64,000 nt of DNA, taken from the IMG/VR virus record IMGVR_UViG_3300037418_002332. One strand, 5' to 3'. Positions 37,435 to 47,598 of this stretch are shown here, piece by piece (the first letter of the stretch is position 1; the number at the start of each line of letters is the position of its first letter). This DNA comes from a virus. Its lineage: Duplodnaviria > Caudoviricetes. The position numbers and the translations under genes were made by a program. The notes under the pieces were generated by a model, which had not been told where the DNA came from, searched no databases, and was given only the letters and a program-made list of their open reading frames with translations.

Positions 37435-37506
37435 TTCTTCTACTCGGGAGAAGATTTCGCTTTACTTGACGACCAATTTCACCTATAATGAATGTATAAG
37501 GTGAAA
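37433..37506 (+). promoter_or_regulatory. early promoter with dyad and conserved leader
   Basis: AATTCTTC-N9-GAAGATTT-cgc-TTTACT-N17-TATAATGAATGTATAAGGTGAAA. Confidence 0.8.
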
Positions 37507-37521
37507 CGAAGGAAAAGTGGA

Positions 37522-37749
37522 ATGTCTCCCGTTGAACTCTTCGGTAAGATTGAAGCTCCCGACGCCGAAACGGTGATGTTCGATCACTGCATCCCTCTCG
37601 CGAAAATCATCGCAAACCTCAAAGAATTCGAAGCTTGGATGTCTGAACTTCAAACCAAGTATTCACCCGCCAAGTGGACATATTCGTCCCAGAAAATTCG
37701 TAACTATCAAGCGATTTCGGTCGTAATCAAGAACGTTGGAGAAATCTAA
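37522..37749 (+). CDS. hypothetical early protein
   Basis: AAGGA SD before ATG 37522. Confidence 0.55.
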   Translation: MSPVELFGKIEAPDAETVMFDHCIPLAKIIANLKEFEAWMSELQTKYSPAKWTYSSQKIRNYQAISVVIKNVGEI

Positions 37750-38153
37750 TGGACACCGCTACGTGGATTTTCAATCAGGCTGTGATGTATCGTCATATCT
37801 TCACTTTCGGCGGTCAGAAGTTCGAAAAGGAAAAGTGGTTCGCTGAAATGGAGAAGCATGGTGTCCATGGTACGGATGCTCTTGAAACACTTCTGAAGGC
37901 TGTCGATGAAGCCATTGAGGAAAATGAACCTCGTCGCAAGTTCGTCGTCTCCTACATGCACTATTCTGGTGAGAAGTATGGTCTTCTCACCTCAAAGCAG
38001 ATGTGGTGGGTTTATCTGAAGGCCGATGGGTTTGGCAAGCGTTCTGCCTATGACCTGCGTCGTCTCAATGATGGTTGGGATTGGTCTCATATTCGGGACT
38101 CCACGATCGACGGCTGGAAGGCAATGGAACGCGAACTTAGGAAGCATATCTAA
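37749..38153 (+). CDS. hypothetical early protein
   Basis: coupled ORF. Confidence 0.6.
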   Translation: MDTATWIFNQAVMYRHIFTFGGQKFEKEKWFAEMEKHGVHGTDALETLLKAVDEAIEENEPRRKFVVSYMHYSGEKYGLLTSKQMWWVYLKADGFGKRSAYDLRRLNDGWDWSHIRDSTIDGWKAMERELRKHI

Positions 38154-38164
38154 GGAGAAAATGT

Positions 38165-38437
38165 ATGAGTTCATATCGCGAAGCTGACGAAATCATCAAC
38201 GATCTCAAGGTTCAAACGAACCATGACTACAGTGCTCATCGCGATGAAATCGAGCAGTTTTATGACGATTACCTGATGAATGGTAATTGGGACGGAACGC
38301 TTGAATTCGAAAGTGGCATGCCTGCTCTCCGCTTCATCCAGGAAGATGAGTTCGATCAGCATCGATCCGATGATATGCCAGAGGAAGATGAGGACAACAT
38401 CTACTCGGCCGGACATTATGTCTGGATATTGGAATGA
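38165..38437 (+). CDS. acidic hypothetical protein
   Basis: AAGGAG SD. Confidence 0.6.
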   Translation: MSSYREADEIINDLKVQTNHDYSAHRDEIEQFYDDYLMNGNWDGTLEFESGMPALRFIQEDEFDQHRSDDMPEEDEDNIYSAGHYVWILE

Positions 38438-38563
38438 AACAAAGGCTTTTCATCCTTGCTCTGGTCATAGCTGCTCTATGTGCGGGAAGCTATGCTCAGA
38501 AAACATGGATGGAAATGCAATACGATAAACAAAATTCAATTTATTGTTATCGGAGATATTGAT

Positions 38564-39010
38564 ATGCAACTTATTCGTGAAAATTTCATTCTCGGTAACA
38601 TCTATCGCACGGTTGGTGGCGATTTGGTGAAGCTCGTCAAGGTTTCCAATGAAGGCACGTCCTATGAGACTATGGCTTGTGCCAAAGGCATTCATCGCTA
38701 CACTCAGCGCGATTATGGTCGAGTGACGGCAACCGACAGCAAGAAGCCTGATAGCAACAATCTCATTCCATTGTATCGTGTTGTTGCAGATCATTACGAT
38801 GTTCCTCATCGTTGGTCGGATGAAATCGAACGCGATGACAAAGAAAATGAAGCCAAACGTCTCCATCAGAAATTGTTCATGATTGATCATGTCAACGAAT
38901 GGGGCAAAGCTTGCCCGAAGTCGCTCAAAGATGAGGTGCGTAAAATCAAAAAGGAACTTCCGAATTGGAAGACCCTGATGATTGATTGGGTCAAAAACAA
39001 AGTCGCTTAA
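38564..39010 (+). CDS. hypothetical protein
   Basis: GGAG SD before ATG 38564. Confidence 0.55.
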   Translation: MQLIRENFILGNIYRTVGGDLVKLVKVSNEGTSYETMACAKGIHRYTQRDYGRVTATDSKKPDSNNLIPLYRVVADHYDVPHRWSDEIERDDKENEAKRLHQKLFMIDHVNEWGKACPKSLKDEVRKIKKELPNWKTLMIDWVKNKVA

Positions 39011-39092
39011 CAAAATTTCTAACAAAATCTTCGTTGATTGAAAGAATTTTGCTTTACTTTATCAATTCAATAGCTTATGATGGGTTATTGAG

Positions 39093-39338
39093 TTGATGAG
39101 GTTTGCTATGAATATGAACGTTAACGTCCTGTTCGCTGATCCGAACTTTGACAACGTTAAGGTAAATGCGGAACAGCGTATGAAGCTCTTTGACGCTCTT
39201 CCGGCTGAGCTTCGCGCTTTTGTGAATGAGTATCACCATCTTGGTGAGGTTTGGTCCTACTTTCGGATCGAAAACTTCAATGTCAAGAAGACCTTGAAGA
39301 CCCTCAAGGAACAAGATTTCTATTATCCCGCAATCTGA
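39093..39338 (+). CDS. hypothetical protein
   Basis: ORF after TTTACT-N-TATGAT promoter. Confidence 0.5.
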   Translation: MMRFAMNMNVNVLFADPNFDNVKVNAEQRMKLFDALPAELRAFVNEYHHLGEVWSYFRIENFNVKKTLKTLKEQDFYYPAI

Positions 39339-39346
39339 GGTGAATC

Positions 39347-41392
39347 GTGCTTTATAATGTCGAAAAGAAGAACGTTGTTTCTTCTGGTGAAATTTCCACC
39401 CGCAAAATCACTCTTTCAGCTAATGCCAAGGCTTTCCGTCTGTTGTTCGGTCAGATGTATCCGGACATTAAGAAGGCTATCGTTCGTGAGCTCTTCACGA
39501 ACGCTTGGGACAGCCAGAAGAATGCTGGAACTCTGGACACTCCGATCCAGATTCATATCCCTACGAATTGGGAACCGTATTTTTCTATCCGTGATTTCGG
39601 CACCGGCATGTTGCCTTCGGTGGTTGATCAAATCTATTCCAGGATTTTCGAATCAACCAAGGATGCTTCGAATGATGAAGCCGGCATGTTTGGCATGGGG
39701 TCCAAGACCCCACTAGGTTACGGTGATTCGTTCTCAGTAACGTCATACGTTGACGGGACGTTCTGGTACTATGATATTTACATGGACTCAGACGCTTCTC
39801 CGAACATTTCGCTGAAGGCCACTGGTGAAACTGATGAAGCCGATGGCGTTCTGGTTCAGCTTGGTGTTCAAGAAGCTGACTTTGAAGCTTTCAAACAGCA
39901 TACCGAACACTTTGCTTTGGGCGCCAACACTCCGATTGAAATCAATCGCCAGAAGTACCTGAACAAGAGGGAAATTCTGAAGGCTGGTGACGGCTGGCAG
40001 CTTTATAAGCCGCGCAATAATTATGAAGATGTTGATGTTGCGCAAATTCGTATGGGACCTGTTCTGTATCGTTTGAACATGGCTTATATGAACAGCTATG
40101 CGCCTTCGTCAATGTATGACAAGCGCAATGGTATTTCTACGCTGCTGAAGAAGCCAATCGTGATGGACTTCGATATCGGTGTCTTCAACGTCACTGGTTC
40201 TCGCGAAGATATCATTTACGATCGTGATTCGGTCGCAAAGATTTACGATAAGCTGGCAATTGCTCTTGACGCAATTCGCAAGGATGCGTATGAAGATATT
40301 CAGAACTGCGAAACTTATCGGGATGCGTTCTTCAAGTTGAAGGAATACACTGAATTGGGCTTTGGTCCGACCAAGCCTAAGTACGGTGCGTTGCCTCTGA
40401 CTCAGACTATGGACAAGAAGAAGTTTCCTGGTCTGGAGTTCATGATGAACCCAATCAAGAAGAAGCGTATGGATCGCTTTGAGCCGGCAAGCTATCTTCA
40501 GTTGTACAGTCTGTATGACACAAGCGTTGTGATGAATTATTTCATCGTGGTCCAGAAGGATGCTAAGGTTCAGCGTTTGAACCAGCGTCTGGAAAATCTG
40601 ATGGAACATCTGACTGCTCGAATGTCTTACAAGCGCAATTCGTATTCGTATCGCAATGGCTTCAATTTGATCTATGTTGAATATGAAAAGAAGTCAAACC
40701 TTAACCGGCTGCTTCCTTTCGTTGGCCCGAATGCGATCTTCATTGAACTGGAGGATATTGAGCGCAAGATCAATAAGCGTGGCGCCAAGGTTGCTGGGTC
40801 TGATATGGCCAAGTGGGTCAAGACCTCAATCTATGGCAACGTCGAGATTTCTGATAGTCAGGTTGAGATGGAAGACGACATGTATTATGTCGAAACTGTC
40901 TACAGCAACTTTGAAGCAGATGAAAGCATTATCAAGTCTGCTATTAAGTTTTACAATCTTCAGCCTGATGAAAAGGTTCTTTGCCTCGGCAAATCCCAGC
41001 GTCATCTTGTTGCAAAATACAACTTTGTTGACTTGGTAAAGGAATTCGAGGCTGATCGTCTCAAAATCCGCTACAACAAGGATACAATGAATAAGCATGC
41101 TTATGCATGGGCCAAGAGCGATCGTTCTTTGTCTTCCAATTTGTTTGACTCTGAAGAATTTCAGTCTTATGCGATGTCGGATTATAAGCATGACGAAACA
41201 AACGTTGAGCCTGATTTCAATTATAGCATCAACGAAGACGTGAAAACTGAGTTCCTGGAACTGGTAGAAAAAATTAAAGAAACTTACAAGAAATTCTTTG
41301 ACTCCAAGCCAATTCTCAGGTATATAAGCACTTATGAACTGGCAGAAAATTTTACAGACGTTATGAACACCATCGAGGAGATGTCTAAATGA
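39347..41392 (+). CDS. rIIA: rIIA protein (GHKL ATPase N-terminus)
   Basis: IVRELFTNAWDS, IRDFGTGM, GMFGMGSKTP; adjacent to rIIB. Confidence 0.9.
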   Translation: MLYNVEKKNVVSSGEISTRKITLSANAKAFRLLFGQMYPDIKKAIVRELFTNAWDSQKNAGTLDTPIQIHIPTNWEPYFSIRDFGTGMLPSVVDQIYSRIFESTKDASNDEAGMFGMGSKTPLGYGDSFSVTSYVDGTFWYYDIYMDSDASPNISLKATGETDEADGVLVQLGVQEADFEAFKQHTEHFALGANTPIEINRQKYLNKREILKAGDGWQLYKPRNNYEDVDVAQIRMGPVLYRLNMAYMNSYAPSSMYDKRNGISTLLKKPIVMDFDIGVFNVTGSREDIIYDRDSVAKIYDKLAIALDAIRKDAYEDIQNCETYRDAFFKLKEYTELGFGPTKPKYGALPLTQTMDKKKFPGLEFMMNPIKKKRMDRFEPASYLQLYSLYDTSVVMNYFIVVQKDAKVQRLNQRLENLMEHLTARMSYKRNSYSYRNGFNLIYVEYEKKSNLNRLLPFVGPNAIFIELEDIERKINKRGAKVAGSDMAKWVKTSIYGNVEISDSQVEMEDDMYYVETVYSNFEADESIIKSAIKFYNLQPDEKVLCLGKSQRHLVAKYNFVDLVKEFEADRLKIRYNKDTMNKHAYAWAKSDRSLSSNLFDSEEFQSYAMSDYKHDETNVEPDFNYSINEDVKTEFLELVEKIKETYKKFFDSKPILRYISTYELAENFTDVMNTIEEMSK

Positions 41393-42543
41393 TTCCTTAT
41401 ACACTTAACGATACGGGCATCACTTTCTTCCTGAAATCTCAGCGGACCTTTGCGAATGATTTCGCTCAGTTTGCTGAACTTGTGAAGGCAGTGATTGCCG
41501 GCGACGTGGCCGCTGTTGACCGCATCGCAAATCCCCGCAAGGTTATTGCGGCTGCTTCGGAAGGCAAGATTGTTATCAGCACCGACGACGAAGTGCTGTT
41601 CAATGGCCAGTCAGTTCCTGACTATCTGGCTCATCGTCTGCTGTCCCACTTCAAGCAGAGCCTTCCTATCGCTCCTCTTTGTGCATTCGCTGAAAAGCTG
41701 ATGGCCAATCCGAACCTGGACGTTCGTGAGGATATGTACAAGTGGCTGGAAGCTGGTCAGATGCCTATCTACGCCGACGGTGACTTCATGGCTTACAAGC
41801 TGGTGAAGGCTGACTTCACCCCAATCCATTCCGGTGGTAAATATGGCCAGGACCAGAGCGTTGGTAAGGTTGTTGAGCAGCCTCGCGAAACTTGTAACGA
41901 AAACCGCAATGACACCTGTTCCAGCGGTCTTCACTTCTGCTCATATTCTTATCTGCCTCACTTCGGTCTTGGCAGCGGCGGATATGTTGTGATTGTTCTC
42001 AAGATCAATCCAAAGGACGTCGTTTCAATCCCAACCGATTACAATCTGGCGAAGGGTCGTACCTGTCGCTTTGAGGTTGTCGATACGGTTGACAAGGATG
42101 TGATCAACGAAACCTTTGGTGGTCGCTTGGTCCTTCACAGCGTTGGCACCTATCAGGCACCAGCTGAAGGCTTCGACGAAAATGAAGTTCAGGAAGGCAA
42201 TACCGATGATCGCGGCGATCGTGCTCGCGAAGCGGTTGAGCGTCTCGGCACCAAGACTGCGGCTGCGGCCGAACTTGGTATTTCCCGTTCAACGCTCACC
42301 CGTTGGTTGGAAATTCCTGCTGTATCAAAAGTTGAAGATACGGCTGCACTTGATGCTGAAGAAGATTTCGACGATCTTGATGACTCATGGGAAGACGACT
42401 CATGGGACGAATACGATGCTGTGGATGAAAAGTCCAATCGTGAAATTGCTGAAGAAGCAATTGAGGAACACGGTACCAAGACCGCAGCTGCTGAGGCTTT
42501 GGGTATTTCCCGGTCAACGCTGACTCGTTGGTTGAATTCTTAA
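41389..42543 (+). CDS. rIIB: rIIB protein with two C-terminal HTH repeats
   Basis: KLMANP, DGDFMAYK, CSSGLHFCSYSY, KINPKDVVSIPTDYN..KGRTCRFEV. Confidence 0.9.
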   Translation: MIPYTLNDTGITFFLKSQRTFANDFAQFAELVKAVIAGDVAAVDRIANPRKVIAAASEGKIVISTDDEVLFNGQSVPDYLAHRLLSHFKQSLPIAPLCAFAEKLMANPNLDVREDMYKWLEAGQMPIYADGDFMAYKLVKADFTPIHSGGKYGQDQSVGKVVEQPRETCNENRNDTCSSGLHFCSYSYLPHFGLGSGGYVVIVLKINPKDVVSIPTDYNLAKGRTCRFEVVDTVDKDVINETFGGRLVLHSVGTYQAPAEGFDENEVQEGNTDDRGDRAREAVERLGTKTAAAAELGISRSTLTRWLEIPAVSKVEDTAALDAEEDFDDLDDSWEDDSWDEYDAVDEKSNREIAEEAIEEHGTKTAAAEALGISRSTLTRWLNS

Positions 42544-42553
42544 TCAACCTTTA

Positions 42554-42584
42554 TGGTGGGCTGGATTAACTGGCCCACCAATTT
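42554..42584 (+). terminator. hairpin after rIIB
   Basis: TGGTGGGCTGG-ATTAA-CTGGCCCACCA-ATTT. Confidence 0.6.
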
Positions 42585-42599
42585 CCGTAGGAGAGTAAA

Positions 42600-43772
42600 A
42601 TGGCAGGCTTTGAAGTTAAGATTGTGAAGATCGATGATGTTATCGATCACCCAAATGCTGATCGCCTTTCTTTGGTGAAGATCGCTGGCTATTCGGTTGT
42701 TTCCGGTAAGCTGGAGGATGGGTCACATCGTTACAAAGCCGGTGATTTGGTTGCATATGTTCCAGAAAATGCAGTCGTTCCTGAATACCTTTTGAAGAAA
42801 GGTTATTGGAACGATAACGAAAACAAGGGAATGTTGGCTGGTAAGAACGGTGATCGAGTGAAGCCTATAAAGCTTCGCGGCGTCATTTCTGAAGGCATTA
42901 TGTTCCCTGTTACCGATCATGTTGAGCCGACTGGAAACGTTTTGAAAGCAATTGATGGTCCAATGCGTTATGTTGACGGCATTGGTGAAGTCAAGAGCAA
43001 AAAGATCGTTGAAGAAGGCGATGAAGTTTCAGAGTATCTTGGCATCACCAAGTATGAACCTGAAATTCCGGCAACCATGGCTGGAGACGTGATCGGTCGA
43101 ATTGATCTACCAGTGAAGTATGATATCGAAAACATCAAGAAATACGATCGTGTGTTTGATGTGGGTGATGACGTTTACATGACTGAAAAGCTTCATGGAA
43201 CACAAGCTCAATTCGGGTGGCTTCCAAATGGTAATGATCCAGAACTAATCGAAGGCCAGTTCTTCGCAGCGTCCAAAGGCATCGCCTCACAAGGATTGGT
43301 GTTCAAGGATACTGAACAGAACCGAACCGCAAATCTTTATGTCAAGACTTTGATCAGTATGATCGACAAAATCAAAATGCTAAAGGATTTTGCATCAGAA
43401 ACGTCCAAGGTTGTATTGTTTGGTGAAATCTTCGGCAAGGGAATTCAAGACCTTGGCTACAATGAAGACAAGCCAACATTCCGAGTGTTTGATATCTGGA
43501 TGGATGGTTCATTCTTGGACTTCAATGATTTGATGCGGATTTGCGATTACGCAGAGATTCCTATGGTGCCAATTCTTTATGTTGGTCAATTCACATGGGA
43601 AGATCTAAAGCGTGAGACAGCCGGCAAGTCTAAACTGGGTGGAACTCACATTCGTGAAGGCGTCGTTGTTAAACCTTTGAAGGAACGCACTAACGAATGG
43701 ATTGGCCGTGTCATTCTGAAGTCAATCTCAGATGAGTATCTTGGTCGAAAGAACGGAACAGAGTACAACTAA
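42600..43772 (+). CDS. RNA ligase, DRB0094/Rnl2-like family
   Basis: N-term HPNADRL OB module; TEKLHGT, FGEIFG, FDI, REGVVVK, LKSISDEYL. Confidence 0.88.
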   Translation: MAGFEVKIVKIDDVIDHPNADRLSLVKIAGYSVVSGKLEDGSHRYKAGDLVAYVPENAVVPEYLLKKGYWNDNENKGMLAGKNGDRVKPIKLRGVISEGIMFPVTDHVEPTGNVLKAIDGPMRYVDGIGEVKSKKIVEEGDEVSEYLGITKYEPEIPATMAGDVIGRIDLPVKYDIENIKKYDRVFDVGDDVYMTEKLHGTQAQFGWLPNGNDPELIEGQFFAASKGIASQGLVFKDTEQNRTANLYVKTLISMIDKIKMLKDFASETSKVVLFGEIFGKGIQDLGYNEDKPTFRVFDIWMDGSFLDFNDLMRICDYAEIPMVPILYVGQFTWEDLKRETAGKSKLGGTHIREGVVVKPLKERTNEWIGRVILKSISDEYLGRKNGTEYN

Positions 43773-44265
43773 TGTGGCTTCCGTTTGAAACTGCACCAAA
43801 GATTGAAGGTCAACGGATACTTGCTTGGTGCAATCCAGCTGAAAGTGAATCAGGTATTGTAGAAATGCAATACAACGGTAAACATTGGATTCAAGTTATT
43901 GATCATCCTTGGCCAAATGCCTGTATGTGTCCTGCATATTGGACACATACAATTGCTCCTCCAACAAGGGAAGAATGATATGTATGTCCATATTCTATTT
44001 TTGATTCCTGTATTGGTTCTTGGCTTCATCCTCGGTGCTTTGTGGATGGCAAGAGAAACCAACATAGCAACGAATAAAATTTTGGATGCCTTGAATAAAT
44101 CTTGGAAATAAACTAATCTTTAACTTCTTCAGGCTATAATGATTATAGTGAATAACCTGATGGAGAGTTAAATGGAAATGCCTAGTGTTCGTGACGTGGT
44201 TGCTTTTGTTATGATTTTCGGGTTCATTGGGTTCATGTGTATGTTATAATAATGAAAGGAAAATT

Positions 44266-44529
44266 ATGTCAGAAGATACCACTACAACTGCGCCTGCTGG
44301 AAATAGTCAAATAACCAGCACTGTTCTGAAGGGTTATGTGAATCGAATTGAAAACCTTGAAGATCAGAAAAAAGAAATCGGCACAGATATCAAGGACGTT
44401 TACAATGAAGCCGCGAACGAAGGCTTCGATAAGAAGGCTTTGAGAGAAGTTATTCGTCGTCGTCGCAAGACTCGCGCTGAAATTGAAGACCTTGAAAATA
44501 TGGTTGACGTTTACGAATCAGCACTTTAA
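44266..44529 (+). CDS. gapR: GapR / DUF2312 (T4 DsbA-like) DNA-binding protein
   Basis: LKGYVNRIENLEDQKKEIGTDIKDVYNEA..GFDKKALREVIRRR. Confidence 0.85.
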   Translation: MSEDTTTTAPAGNSQITSTVLKGYVNRIENLEDQKKEIGTDIKDVYNEAANEGFDKKALREVIRRRRKTRAEIEDLENMVDVYESAL

Positions 44530-44536
44530 TTTATTG

Positions 44537-44569
44537 AGTTGCCGTTCTTCACTGGACGGCAACTTTTTT
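44537..44569 (+). terminator. intrinsic terminator
   Basis: AGTTGCCGTTC-TTCACT-GGACGGCAACT-TTTTT. Confidence 0.8.
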
Positions 44570-44628
44570 ATTGACTTCTTTGAATGAATCACGTATACAT
44601 ATTGAAAATATTTGAGGATTTTTCATTC

Positions 44629-45576
44629 ATGTTTTTAATTGGTTCCCGCGCTGCCGTTGAGCGTGGTCTCAAACTCAATCGTCCAGTTGACCAATCAGAT
44701 TGGGATATCATTGGCACAAAAGCTGAGATGGATTTTTTCCTTCTTAGATGGAAAGATGCCAAGGTCAAGGAATCAGGATTTCCTGGTAAATATCATATCA
44801 CCTTGCCGACTGGCATTAAAATTGAATTTGATGCAACCAACAATTTGAGCAATCATCTTTTAAACGCTCAACTGAATTCATGCAAGCCTGTTACAGTCAA
44901 AATCGAAGATTTCAAAGTTTTGTTTTTTGTTCCGTCACAGGAAACTTTATTTCAAATCAAACGTTCACATGCTAACTTTGATGTTCATTTCATGAAGACC
45001 ATCATGGATGTAAGAGCCATGATGAAGCAATGGAATATCACTGATCCAGCTGCTGAACGTCAGCATAACTTCTATCATGCTCGTCATGATGAAGCAAAAG
45101 CAAGATTTGGCAAACGGCAGGAACGAATCAAACTTGCTAAAACTAATGAAGCATTTTTCAAAGGTGGTGAAAAGCTTCGCACCTATGTTCATGATGATTT
45201 ACACCGAGCAGTGGCTTCAGAAGATCGACCATTGTTTGAGAAATGCAAGGTGGATTTGGAAAGTGCGTTTGTGTCGAAGGATATTTTCTTCAACAAATTC
45301 ACTCAAGAACAGCGCTTGAATATGGCTATGGAAGAATCAATGGTCATTGCGTTGGAACGGGAATATATTCCAAACCGCAAGGAAGGTCAACTTCCAACGG
45401 AACGTATGGCGTTGGATATGTATCGCAAAGGCATGTTGAAAGAAATCAAAGACCTATCAAAAGGATGGTTTCAAGATTTCATGATCGACAATATTTTGGA
45501 ATTGGAAAAGCCAAAGTGGAATTATATCGAAAGATTTGAAACTGCATTGGCTGACGGAAGGATTAGAACAGTATGA
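44629..45576 (+). CDS. phage protein with nucleotidyltransferase-like N-terminus
   Basis: LIGSRAA...SDWDII (GS/DxD); YVHDDLH. Confidence 0.55.
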   Translation: MFLIGSRAAVERGLKLNRPVDQSDWDIIGTKAEMDFFLLRWKDAKVKESGFPGKYHITLPTGIKIEFDATNNLSNHLLNAQLNSCKPVTVKIEDFKVLFFVPSQETLFQIKRSHANFDVHFMKTIMDVRAMMKQWNITDPAAERQHNFYHARHDEAKARFGKRQERIKLAKTNEAFFKGGEKLRTYVHDDLHRAVASEDRPLFEKCKVDLESAFVSKDIFFNKFTQEQRLNMAMEESMVIALEREYIPNRKEGQLPTERMALDMYRKGMLKEIKDLSKGWFQDFMIDNILELEKPKWNYIERFETALADGRIRTV

Positions 45577-45742
45577 TACTCGAATTGCTTTCAGTTAAGT
45601 TTTGGATTATTGCTTTATATGCTGTAAATGTTGGATTGTTTCCTCCATCAGAAGTCAAGTGCGTCATGGTTGTTGACAACAAATGTGCAATGTATGAAGT
45701 CAACCCAGACGGCTGGAATACAAACGCTGAGGGAGAAGTGAA

Positions 45743-46129
45743 TTGAGAAATGAAATTGATGTTGCTAACTTGCTAGGCATTCAGGTCGAAGACGAAGATG
45801 ATCGTTATGACCTTGGTTATGAATTTGCCAGTTGGTTGGTTCAACGTGATGGTTCGTATACATACTCAATCAAAAGATTGGGTATTGATTTGAAACAATA
45901 TAACGATCGGTTTGTGCAAATCGCTGAATATCGTGATGCTGGAGATTATGCGTATTCCGGTACAGTCCACTGGGTGTTTGTGGATAAAGAAACACAAATT
46001 AATTATATGGTCACAGCTTCAGCTGATTCCTGGGATGACGACGGTGCAATGGGTGAGGATTATTCATTCGATATCGTCTATCCAAAGGAAGTGACTAAGA
46101 CCATTTATGTTACAGAGGACAAGTTATGA
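45743..46129 (+). CDS. acidic protein, DSW/VxP paralog family
   Basis: DSWDDD...VYPKEVTKTIY. Confidence 0.6.
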   Translation: MRNEIDVANLLGIQVEDEDDRYDLGYEFASWLVQRDGSYTYSIKRLGIDLKQYNDRFVQIAEYRDAGDYAYSGTVHWVFVDKETQINYMVTASADSWDDDGAMGEDYSFDIVYPKEVTKTIYVTEDKL

Positions 46130-46494
46130 ATTTATCAACACTAATTGAACTATGCCGACCAGGAGATTTGGCTGAATGGGTCTATGGCGAAGATGACCAA
46201 GATGATCCTGCACATCCTGACAGAATTGAGAAAGATGTTCTCAAACAATATGAATTGATCGATGAAGATGCAGTTTTTGATGGAAGCATTTCTTCCTCAA
46301 ATGGAGTTGACAACAGTTTTGTTTTCAGAAATAAACAAACCGGAACTTTGTATCGTGTGACAACTCCGCATGATTCATGGTGCGATTATTTGCCTGAAGC
46401 TTTCGATGGTGCAAAAATTGAAATTGTTCAACCAAAGAAAGTTGTAATTGATACATATGAAAAGATCGGAACTGCTGATCTTATTGAATTGTGA
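46126..46494 (+). CDS. acidic protein, DSW/VxP paralog family
   Basis: DSWCDY...VQPKKVVIDTYE. Confidence 0.6.
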   Translation: MNLSTLIELCRPGDLAEWVYGEDDQDDPAHPDRIEKDVLKQYELIDEDAVFDGSISSSNGVDNSFVFRNKQTGTLYRVTTPHDSWCDYLPEAFDGAKIEIVQPKKVVIDTYEKIGTADLIEL

Positions 46495-46509
46495 TTGGAG
46501 GATTTTGCT

Positions 46510-47589
46510 ATGACAACTGGACTTGAAGTAATCTTTTCATTTGACACGACGGGTTCAATGGCGCCATGTATTGGTGAAGTTCGTAAGAATATGGAAGCTG
46601 CATTTGCTCCTTTGTTCAAGGAACTTCCAAACCTGAAGATCGGTCTAGTCGCTCATGGTGACTATTGTGATCGTGGTCGTACATATGTTACCAAGTGGCA
46701 ACCACTTACCAATGATCTGTATACGCTGACTCAGTTCGTGCGAAATACAGGTTCAACCGGTGGTGGAGATATGCCTGAGTGCTACGAATTGGTTCTTCGT
46801 GAAGCTCAGTCTCAGAATTGGACTGCAGATTCAAAGAAAGTTCTGGTTGTGATTGGTGACGCTGTTCCTCATGACGTCAGTTATCCAGACAACAAGTTGC
46901 GTTTGGATTGGAAGCAGGAATCAGTCAAGCTCAAGGATATGGGAATTCAAATCTACTCAGTCCAGGCACTTGGTCGTGGTTATTCTGATTCGTTCTACGC
47001 AACAATGGCAGGCATCACTGGTGGTCTTCATCTCAAATTGGCTCAGTTTCAGGAAATTGTTGACCTGTTGATTGCTATTGCTTATCAGCAAGACAGTCCA
47101 GAAAAGCTGGATGCTTGGGAACAAAGAATTGCTGATGCAAAGCGCATGAGCCGTTCATTGGATAACAACTTCCGTATCCTTTCTGGCAAGGCTGCAACAG
47201 CCCCAGGACGTTACGATTCATATACGACTGGTGGTCTGGTTCCAGTCAATCCTGGTCGTTTCCAAATTCTTGACGTTGATCATGATGTTGATATCAAAGG
47301 ATTTGTCACCGCCAATGATCTGATCTTCAATCTTGGTCGTGGTTTCTATCAGTTCACTAAGACTGAAGAAGTTCAGGAAAAGAAAGAAGTCGTGTTGCGC
47401 GATAAATATACAGGTGACATGTTCACTGGTAATGAGGCACGCAACATGATCGGTGTTCCATACGGAACTCGCGACCGTTTGAAGCCAACGGCTCTTGGCA
47501 AGTATGATATTTTTGTACAATCGACTTCAGTCAATCGTAAACTCAAAAGTGGAACCAAGTTCCTTTACGAAGTGGCTGACGACAGATAA
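46510..47589 (+). CDS. von Willebrand factor A domain protein
   Basis: FSFDTTGSM MIDAS-like, GDYCD, GGGDMPECY, IGDAVPH. Confidence 0.85.
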   Translation: MTTGLEVIFSFDTTGSMAPCIGEVRKNMEAAFAPLFKELPNLKIGLVAHGDYCDRGRTYVTKWQPLTNDLYTLTQFVRNTGSTGGGDMPECYELVLREAQSQNWTADSKKVLVVIGDAVPHDVSYPDNKLRLDWKQESVKLKDMGIQIYSVQALGRGYSDSFYATMAGITGGLHLKLAQFQEIVDLLIAIAYQQDSPEKLDAWEQRIADAKRMSRSLDNNFRILSGKAATAPGRYDSYTTGGLVPVNPGRFQILDVDHDVDIKGFVTANDLIFNLGRGFYQFTKTEEVQEKKEVVLRDKYTGDMFTGNEARNMIGVPYGTRDRLKPTALGKYDIFVQSTSVNRKLKSGTKFLYEVADDR

Positions 47590-47598
47590 GGATTTAAA

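Noticed and set aside
4695-39058. TGCTTTA resembling the T4 MotA box
   Set aside because: Spacing to TATAAT is about 18 nt rather than 11-13; it reads better as part of a -35 (C)TTTACT
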